DNA of 64,000 bases from Octopus vulgaris (Eukaryota), in the NCBI GenBank assembly GCA_951406725.2, contig OX597825.1, positions 13,454,001 through 13,518,000 on the forward strand. Direction: 5' to 3'. This document shows positions 53,995 through 64,000 of the stretch, one piece after another (the first letter of the stretch is position 1; every line of letters begins with the position of its first letter). Position numbers and translations under genes: made by a program. A model generated the notes under the pieces. That model saw only the letters and a program-made list of their open reading frames with translations, was not told the origin of the DNA and made no database searches.

Positions 53995-54203
53995 CTTCTG
54001 TCCGGCAGTCGCCTTGATAGATCGGTAGCCACTACACACATTTTTTTTTTCTCTCCTTGTTTTTTTCTGTGTCCCTTTCTGTAAAAGAGCATAGGCTCGA
54101 AACGTAAAAGACTTTTTCTATTCCTGAGCGTTATACTAATACATCTGTTTGTTTTGTACACCACCTGTCTTCGTCTTTTGTTTTTTTTTGTGAACTCTCT
54201 CCC
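53995..54203 (+). mobile_element. (TA)n-embedded element with a hammerhead-like motif
   Basis: 54075-54110 reads CTTT CTGTAAA A GAGC-atag-GCTC GAAAC GTA AAAG. It is flanked by (TA)n. Confidence 0.7.
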
Positions 54204-55375
54204 TATATATATATGTGTGTATATATATATATATATATTTATCATCGTTTAATGTCCACTTTCCCTGCTAGCATGGGTTGGACGATTTGACTGACGACTG
54301 GCAAACCAGATGGCTGCACTAGGCTCCAATCTGATCTGGCAGAGTTTTTACAGTTGGATGCTCTTCCTAATGCCAACCACTCCGAGAGCGTAGTGGGTGC
54401 TTTTATGTGCCACCGGCACAAGGACTGAATATATATGAAAGAGGAGAATGAGTGGCCATATACAGAATAGGAATCACAGAACGGAGGAGAAAATGGAACA
54501 AAACTTGATGCAAAAACATCAAAAATTAACACAAAAATAATAAATAAAAATGGAAAATAAAAACGTAAAAACCGAAATAAACCTTTCGGTCTTTTATATG
54601 ATACTGCACTTATATATTCTTATATTAATATATAATAAACCACAGACGCATGTATTAGGCCTTATAGCATCAGTCTCCAATGAACGAAAGATACAGCTCG
54701 TAACATTAGACTTTTCATCTTCTTCATAGCAAATCAATATATTTCTCATTTGAACTATTTATACTAATTGCCGACACAGACCATTAGAAAATTCTTCAAT
54801 TTTTACTGCTCATTTTATAGGGGCCTCATAAAAAAAAAAAAAAAAAATGTCTTGTTCTTATGCTTGTCATGTGACACAGTGTTGTGTCTCTCTTTTTTGC
54901 ATGCATGGGAAGTTAGTTATTTTCAGTAGTGATATGGAAGAAGTGACTGTATGGGTATTTTTGATTTTTTATGTCGTGTGCGCAACTGGATATGGTCGGG
55001 TGTGATGGGGTGGGGTGTTTTAGGGGGTCGAGGTTGGTTTATTTTTGTCTGTTTGGATGTTTGTTTGTTTGGATGTTTGTTTTTTTTTGTTTGTGTGTCT
55101 GTGTGTCTGTGTGTCCCCCCTCCCCGGGGTGGGGTGGGGTGGGTTAGGGGTGTCGGGGTTAGTTTGTTTTTGTTTGTTCGGTTGTTTGTTTGTTTTTGTT
55201 TGTGTGTGTGTTCCCCCCCCCCCCAGTTTTCGTTAGCCGACCCCTTCTCCCCCTCCACACATCTGTTGTTTCTCAAAGAATCTATTATCTCATAAGACTT
55301 ACAGCTGACTAGAGATATTACATGGTTTTATTTAACAATGGCATGAGACAGAAAGAGATAAAGAAAGATAGAGAG

Positions 55376-55416
<41 letters not shown>

Positions 55417-56067
55417 AGCTGTGTGTTTCTGCTCTTGCTGTATGTTTGATGTACTCAGTTATAAGAGTAACAGGGAGAGGAGAAAATATGTGTCAAATAG
55501 AAATGGTGGGAGTACGACAGGAAGTAGAGTGGTGAGTGGGTGGGTGGTGGTGGATGTGGTGGTGGTGGGAGTGATAAAATCTTGCAAAGAGTCAAAACAA
55601 AGGTAAGACAACAAGCCGGGTGGAGGTGTTGGGTGGTTTGAGAGAAATATCTGTGAACAGAATTAGGGGGTAAAAATGACAGTTGAAGAAGTAGTGGGGG
55701 TGGGAGGGGGGGAAGAAAAAGGAGAAAGGAAAAAGGAAAAGGAAAAGGAATAGAGTTGGCTAAAGACGTAAAGGGATATATTTGTGTCAAATGGTAATAA
55801 AAATTGCTGAGAAACAAAATAGGGGAGATAAAAGACATGATGAAATTTTGGGGGAAAAATATGAGAAAATAGGAATTAAATACGAGAGAGAGGAGGGAGA
55901 GGGGGAGAGAGGGAGCGAGATGGAGAGATGTATGGATGCATGGAAGGAAGGAGAGGAAGATTGAGTAAGGAGAAAGAATTTTCAGGAGCAAAGCAGGAGA
56001 GAGTGTTAAGCTTGTAAAATATTTGAAGAAAATAGTGTTTGTGTGTATGTGTGTGTGTGTATGTGTT

Positions 56068-56136
<69 letters not shown>

Positions 56137-56469
56137 AATGGAAAGAGTTAAGTTTGGCTGAGAAAATAAGTTAAGCATGGATGGCGGTTGGGGGTGAGGG
56201 TGGAGAGAAGAAAAAAGAGAAAGTGACTGCATAGAGATGAAAGAAGATGGTTTAAAAGAAGAGGAAGGAAAAAGAAAAAAAGCAATCAGGAAGAGAGAGA
56301 GAGAGGAGGAGGAGGAAGAGTAGAAATCGATAAGAAGAATGACTTTGGTGAGTCGAGGAATGTTCTGGGTGCTGCAGACAGTAAATTGGTTTCTATAGAA
56401 TTTTTCTTCTCATAAAAACGTCTTCCTACCTGATGATGGTGATCAGTTTGTGATTTGCAGCTGATGTTG

Positions 56470-56503
<34 letters not shown>

Positions 56504-56719
56504 CAATGCTGAGTTATAAGGCATGGCTGTGTGGTAAGACGTTTGCTGTCCAACCCACATGGCATGGTTCCGGGTTCGGTCCCACAGCATGGCCACCTTG
56601 GGTTAGTGTCTTTTTTGCTATAGTCTTCAGGCCGACCAAAACCTTGTGAGTGGATTTGGTAGATGGAAACTGAAAGAAGCCCATCATGTATATATGTTTG
56701 TGTGTTTGTGTGAGTGTGT

Positions 56720-57180
56720 GTGTGTGTTGAGTAAAAGCAATATTGAGTGGAGTGTGTTGAGTAAAAGCAGTACTGAGTGGAGTGAGTGCATGTTGAGTGC
56801 TGTATGTTTATGTATGAGTGTGTGTGTGTGTTGAGTATAGGCAATGTTGAGTATAGACAATGTTGAGTGGAGTAAGTGTGCATTGAGTGATGTGTATGTG
56901 AGTTGAGTATAAGGTATGTTAAGTGGTGTGTGTATGTGTGAGTGTGAGTGTGAGTGAATATAGATGATGTTGTGGGGCATGGGTGTTAAGTATAGGCTGT
57001 GCTGAGGCGAGTGTATGCATGTGAGTGGTGTGCGTGTGAGTGTGAGTGGAGTATAGATGATGTTGTGGGGCATGGATGTTAAGTATAGCCAGTGTTGAGG
57101 GGTGGTGGTGGTGGTGAGTGTGTGTATGTGTGAGTGGAGTATAGGTGTTGTTGTGGGGCATTGGTGTTAAGTGTTGAGTG
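56720..57180. repeat. Degenerate minisatellite (gtgttgagta motifs and a ~100-bp unit x3)
   Basis: tatagatgatgttgtggggcat.g.tgttaagt occurs at ~56959, ~57052 and ~57140. Confidence 0.75.
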
Positions 57181-57184
57181 TGTC

Positions 57185-57234
<50 letters not shown>

Positions 57235-57739
57235 TGTGTACGTGTGTTGAGTGCAAGCTGAGAAGATGCTGATTAGCGCATCAGCGTGTGTATACCCGCG
57301 TTTAAAGGTGTTTTTTCACTACTACTTATATGCGTAGAAGATTTCGGGTGGGCGGGGGTGGGGGTGGAGATGTATTGAGATAAGTGATGTGTGATTGTGT
57401 GGTGGTGGTAGGTAGCGGTGGCGGTGGTGGTGTTGGTGTTGTTGTTTTGTGTTTCGTGGGGGTAGGTTTCTTGTAGGTGTGTTGTTGTCTGTTGACGTAA
57501 ACTGATGAAATATTATGTCAGCTGTAAATAAGTAGTTGGATAAGGTAGGTCGACACATGATCTGCACTGTAGGCACACACACACACACATAGTCAAACAG
57601 ACACACACACACACACACACATATGTATGTGATGTATATATATATATACACACATATATCTGTATATACTGCATATCTACATAATCAACACATTGACAGT
57701 CAGTTGCTCAAGCTAATTAACTTGTGATATATATATGCA

Positions 57740-58400
57740 TACACACACACACACACACATGCACACACACACTGCTTCTTTCTTGCATATGCACATATCC
57801 ACACATGCACTCACTCTCTCTCTCTCACACACGCACACATACACGCTCCATTCTCGCATGCACCCACACACATGCTCTCTCTCTCTTTAACACACACACA
57901 CACACTCATTCTCCCATGTGCACGCACACCCACACACACATATACACACACACTGCTTCTTTCTTGCATACACACATACATTCACCCTCTCTCTCATGCA
58001 TACACACTCCATTCTTGCATGCATGCTCTCTCTCTCACCCAGTCTTCCATGTGCACACACACACACACACTGCTTCTTTCTTGTATACACTCACAGACAC
58101 ACACACTCTCTCTTTTCTCCTTTTTCTCACTCACACACACTGCTTCTTTCTTGCACACACACACACACACACTCTCTCTCTCTCTCTCTCTCACCCACTC
58201 TTCCATGTGCACACACACACACACACACACATGCACACCGCTTTCTGGCACACACACGCACACACGCACACACACACACACACTCTCTCTCTCTCTCTCT
58301 CTCTTTTTCTCACACACACACACACACACACTGCTTCTTTCTTGCATACACACACACACACTCTCTCTCTCCTCTCCCCCTCTCTCTCTGTTGCACTCAC
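57740..58400. repeat. Higher-order repeat built from (CA)n/(CT)n plus fixed motifs
   Basis: cacactgcttctttcttg recurs about five times and tcttccatgtgcacac recurs. Confidence 0.8.
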
Positions 58401-58709
58401 TCACACAACCAATACTCACTTCCAAAAGACTCAGCTAACGAAATCCTCTAATCTCAGATTGCTAATCTCTTCTAGTGATCCTAAATCTTTATAAACATGA
58501 AAAGCAAAGTTGACCTCGGTGGGACTTGAACTCTGAACACAAAATTACAGAACTAAATACCTAAAAACCATTTTGTTCCATACTGATCGTCATATCTCCT
58601 ACCTTTATACATTATCAAAAGCTTGGTTCAACTCACAGCAATCATCAGACCTTGCGTTTCTAAGACTCACCCATGGTCATACTCACGCACCTTTCTTAAG
58701 CTAATTTAT

Positions 58710-59122
58710 ATTTCTTTACTACCCACAAGGGGCTAAACACAGAGAGGACAAACAAGGACAGACGAACGGATTAAGTTGATTACATCGACCCCAGTGCGTA
58801 ACTGGTACTTTATTTATCTGCCCCGAAAGGATAAAAGGCAAAGTCGACCTCGGCTGAATTTGAACTCAGAACGTAGAGACAGACGAAATACCTATTTCTT
58901 TACTACCCACAAGGAGCTAACACAGAGAGGACAAACAAGGACAGACAAACGGATTAAGTCGATTACATCGACCACAGTGCACAACTGGTACTTTATTTAT
59001 CGACCCCGAAAGGATGAAAGGCAAAGTCGACCTCGGCGGAATTTGAACTCAGAACGTAACGGCAGACGAAATATGGCTATACATTTCGCCCGGCGTGCTA
59101 ACGTTTCTGCCAGCTCGCCGCT
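58710..59122 (-). mobile_element. Tandem SINE family B copies
   Basis: Two head-to-tail reverse-complement copies. Confidence 0.85.
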
Positions 59123-59134
59123 CTGAGAACCGAT

Positions 59135-59415
59135 ACAAGACCACTTAGCAAAACCATTGCAGAACAAAGGTTAAAACTAGTAGGTCACATATTCTAGCTA
59201 TCAGAACACTACCATTCTAGAACAGCTTTCAAATGGACATCAGTGGAGGGGAAAAGAAAGAATGGAAGGCCAAAACCTTCAATGGCACAGAGGATTCATA
59301 AGGAAGATGGGAGAGGCTATTATCATATAGGTTGATGCAATGAAAACTGTAACCAATAGAAACCAGAGGTGTTAGCTTGCTGTCTAATGTGCTCAAGAGC
59401 GCCAGAGGGGCTGAT
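59135..59415 (+). mobile_element. Old RTE-type LINE 3' fragment
   Basis: PLSKTIAEQRLKLVGHIF*LSEHYHSRTAFKWTSVEGKRKNGRPK matches the RTE RRL.W.GH...W.P.GKR..GRPK motif. Confidence 0.65.
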
Positions 59416-59499
59416 ACTGAACTAACGAGCCATGAATGGAAAGGCAAAAATGTGTAAAGCTTTCTAGAAATTTAACTTGTAGTATATAGACATATAAAC

Positions 59500-60048
59500 G
59501 TGTGTATGTATATATATATGTATGTATGTATGTATGTGTTTGTATGTGTGTATGTATGTATGTATGTATGTATGTTTATGTATGTATGTATGTGTGTGTG
59601 TGTATATATGTATGTATGTATGTATGTTTGTATGTATGTGTGTGTGTATGTATGTATGTGTGTGTATGTATGTATGTATGTATGTATGTATGTATGTATG
59701 TATGTATGTATGTGTATGTATGTATGTATGTATGTATGTATGTATGTATGTATGTATGTATGTATATGTTTGTATGTATGTATGTATGTATGTATGTATG
59801 TATGTATGTATGTATATGTATGTATGTATGTATGTATATGTATGTATGTTTGTATGTATGTATGTATGTGTGTGTATGTATGTTTGTTTGTATGTATGTA
59901 TGTCTATGTATGTATGTATATATGTATGTATGTATGTATGTATGTCTATGTATGTATGTATGTATGTATGTATGCATGTTCGTATGTATGTATGTGTATG
60001 TTTGTGTGTGTGTATGTATGTAAGTATGTATGTACGTATGTATGTATA
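59500..60048. repeat. ~550-bp (TATG)n microsatellite
   Basis: Read directly from the sequence. Confidence 0.95.
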
Positions 60049-61401
60049 TCTTCTAATGTGGAAGTTTTGGTTCCTGGATGGAGACTGGTTGATTTTCTAT
60101 TGGCGATAAATTGAATAATAAACTAGAATGCATGAACACACACACACATAACGATGCATGCTCACACAAAGCAGAACACATGCACACAAACACACACACA
60201 CACACATTCATGCATTTACATACAGCCAAACACACAGACACAAAAGCATATACATACTCACACAAAAATGGATCTCTATAACAAGTGTGTGTTAATTCAG
60301 CTTTTGTTGCTATGACGAAAACTGGGCCTTGAATTGAGAAGTAAGATATTTGTAACACCACTTAGAAAATATACATCGACAATGGAAATACCTTATGTTT
60401 GCCGTTGTTTAACCATAAGTATAATGTGTATAAAACTTGTCAGCCAAGCAGAAAGTCTGTCTTTGGAGAAAAGTAGATTCTATGAGGAGATATGGATGGT
60501 TATTTCACACTCAGAGAATTCAATTAATACTAGAAATTCCTACGAGTGCTTTTGTATTTATCTGCAATATTAAAATATGTTTTTAGCAGAAGTTCTATGG
60601 TTTCTGTTATGATAGCATAGATTCATGCAATAAATTGCATATAGGTAGATATCATCATCATCATCATCATCGTCGTCGTCGTTGTTGTTATTTAACGTCT
60701 GTTTTTCCATGCTGGCATGGGTCGGGCAGTTAGACAGGAGCTGGAATATCCAGAAAGCTGCGCCAAGCTCCAATTGTCTGTTTGGCATGGAGTCTATGGC
60801 TGGATGCTCTTTCTAATACTAAAAAGACTTTACTGGGTGTGTTGGGTTAGGGTTAGGGAAGGAGGAAGAAGGAGGGAGGGAGGGAGAGAGGAGGAGAGAG
60901 AGAAAGAGAGGGGAAGGGAGGTAGAAGGAAAGAGAGAGAAAGAATGGGAGAGAGAGAGAGAGGGAAAGAGCGGAGTAGTGGGATGGAGGGAGGAAGGGAG
61001 TGGGATGGAGGGAGGAAGGGAGTGGGAAAAGGGAGAAAGAGAGAGGTGGAGAGGCAGAGAGAAAGAGGGAGAGAGAAAGAGGGAGAGAGAAAGAGACAGA
61101 GAGAGAGAGGAACCAGGAGGAGAGAGAGAAGGTGTGAAAGACAGAAAACGTGTGTGTAATGGGAAAAGCAAAGATGTAGATCTGAGATGAGATGGAGAAG
61201 ATGAGAGAGTTTGAAGTTAATACAGTTAAATACACTGGACACTGACATTTGTTTACATGCTAAAGGTGTGTGTGTGTGTGTGTGTGTGTGTTTGCATGTA
61301 TATGTCTGTACAGGTATGAGAACCTACTTATATACATACATGTATCAGTTACACACACACACACATATGTATATATATATATAGGCGTGGCTGTGGGCAA
61401 A

Positions 61402-61980
61402 GGTGCAGGCATGGCTGTGTAGTAAGAAGCTTGCTTCCCAACCAAATGGTTCCAGGTTCAGTCCCACCACATGGCACCTTGGGCAAGTGTCTTCTACTAT
61501 AGCCTTGGGCCAACCAAAGCCTTGTGAGTGGATTTAGTAGACAGAAACTGAGAGAAGCCCCTCATTGGTTGTGTGGTAAGTAGCTTGCTTACGAACCACA
61601 TGGTTCCAGGTTCAGTCCCACTGCGTGGTACCTTGGGTAAATGTCTTCTACTATAGCCTCGGGCCGACCAAAGCCTTGTGAGTGGATTTGGTAGACAGAA
61701 ACTGAAAGAAGCCCGTCGTATATATGTATATATATATATATATATGTGTATGTGCATGTTTGTGTGTCTGTGTTTGTCCCCCCAACATCGCTTGACAACC
61801 GATGCTGGTGTGTTTACGTCTCCGTAACTTAGCGGTACGGCAAAAAAAAGAGAGACTGATAAAATAAGTACTAAGCTTAAAAAGAATAAGTCCTGGGGTC
61901 GATTTGCTCGACTAAAGGCAGTGCTCTAACATGGCCACAGTCAAATGACTGAAACAAGTAATAGAGTAAAGAGTAAGAGT
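61402..61980 (+). mobile_element. SINE family A head followed by a full copy
   Basis: Heads at 61402 and 61566, with the tail running to 61980. Confidence 0.9.
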
Positions 61981-62929
61981 GTATATATGTACATATTTAT
62001 ATATGTGTCTTTGTTTAGGTATGTATGTATATGTGTGGGTGTATAGGTAAACACATTTATATGCATGCGTATATGTATATGCATGCGTATATGTATATGC
62101 ATGTTATACGTGAAATGGAGGTGAGAGATGAAAGAAAAAGAGATAGAGATAGGGAAGATGTTTGGGTCTCAGGTGAGAGGGAGCATGGGTGAGGAGATAG
62201 GTGTAGGTGTCAGGTAAGAAGGAGGGAGAAAGAGAGAGGGTGGTGGTGTATTTTCCATCAGTTGGTGCCGTTTTACTTATTAACTTCTGCTCACTCGAAG
62301 AATATCCAGGCGTTATGTGTAATGGCGCTAAGTTAAAAGCCGGTGAACTGAGCGAAGAGTGATGTACTATGAAGTCTTGTGAAAATCCACCTTCTACTAT
62401 TATTAGCGCTGAAGAGGAAGAAAAAAAAGAGAGAGAAAAAAAAAAAGGCAAAACGAAAAACATGCAAAAACAAAAAAAAAAACAAAAAGAAGAAATCTAC
62501 AAGAAGAAAAGAACAAAAATAATAAAATAAAGTTTGGAAAAATTCCTGATGCAAAGAACTAGAAATCAAAACATGTAAAAGAATAGTAAAAAAATACAGA
62601 AAAAAGTTGGCGGCACAGATGTTAACATTGATAAATAGTGAAAACCTTAGACTTAGCAGGAGAATCATTGCCGTATATAATTGTGTGAATGAGTGTGTGT
62701 GTATGTGTGTGTTAGGGCATGCTTGTGTGTGTGTGTGTGTGTGTGTGCGTGTGTAATAGCGTATGCGGATTAGTTTGCATATATTCACAGACAATTTAGT
62801 TTTATTTTATCTCAAGGTTATTTCGTTTACGTTTCTCGTGAATTTTTTGACATATAACGCTTCTTCGCATGGAGCAATTATACACACACACATCCACAAA
62901 GCTAGTTATACACACACACACACATATAC

Positions 62930-63330
<401 letters not shown>

Positions 63331-63745
63331 ATATACACACACACATATTTATGTATACATACAGATATATATATATATATATATATACACATACACACAT
63401 ACCATACATATATACATACATGAAGGCCTGACGTCATGTCCTTCTGTTCATCAATTTAATCCTCTTTAATTTCTTAATTGCTGCTTAATTAACCTTTAAA
63501 ACATTTTCAACAACAATAAATATTAATACTCAATTGGTTTTGGTGTTTGTAGCTTTTATCGTTCAAATTTATTGAGGGAAGAATGATAAAAACTGTAACC
63601 ATCTGCCAAACTTATAAGCTGTTATGTATGTAACAAGGCAGTTTGCCTCTAAAAATGTGCTGTCTGTTATGTATTTAATAACATTCATCATACAATTGAT
63701 TGGAAGCCATTTACGTGTTACAATAGTTTGGTAATCATCCTGTGC

Positions 63746-63761
63746 AATAATGATAATGATG

Positions 63762-63828
<67 letters not shown>

Positions 63829-63911
63829 TAATAATAATAATAATAACAACAATAATAATAGTAATAATGATGATGATGATGATGATGATAATAGTAATAA
63901 TAATAGTAATA

Positions 63912-63944
<33 letters not shown>

Positions 63945-64000
63945 GTGATGATAATAATAATAATAATAATAATAATAACTGCCCTGATGCAGTACCAGGC
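63746..64000. repeat. (AAT)n/(GAT)n tract abutting the 3' end of a minus-strand family E repeat
   Basis: tgccctgatgcagtaccaggc at 63980-64000 is the reverse complement of 154-174. Confidence 0.85.

Noticed and set aside
54920-55260. G/T-rich stretch with overlapping ORFs
   Set aside because: It is low-complexity and may be poorly polished sequence, with no recognisable protein motif.

Overview
Eukaryotic, AT-rich, very repeat-dense DNA. The SINE families and microsatellite load look like a coleoid cephalopod, most likely Octopus (recognised by eye, not searched). I found no intact protein-coding gene, rRNA, tRNA gene or CRISPR array, and nearly all listed ORFs are translations of microsatellites or SINEs. 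The window reads as intronic or intergenic. It holds dozens of copies of several SINE families, a decayed full-length mariner transposase (37632-38636) plus two mariner remnants, RTE-type and L1/Tx1-type LINE 3' fragments, nested hAT MITEs, and four copies of a ~430-bp TIR element carrying TTAGGG-like repeats. The most interesting signals are: (i) four short microsatellite-embedded elements, each with a minimal hammerhead-ribozyme-like fold showing stem covariation (Penelope/retrozyme-like); (ii) a 254-bp near-perfect hairpin at 49583-49836; (iii) ~100-bp target-site-like duplications flanking both a SINE and a TIR element; (iv) LINE remnants that appear to target microsatellites.
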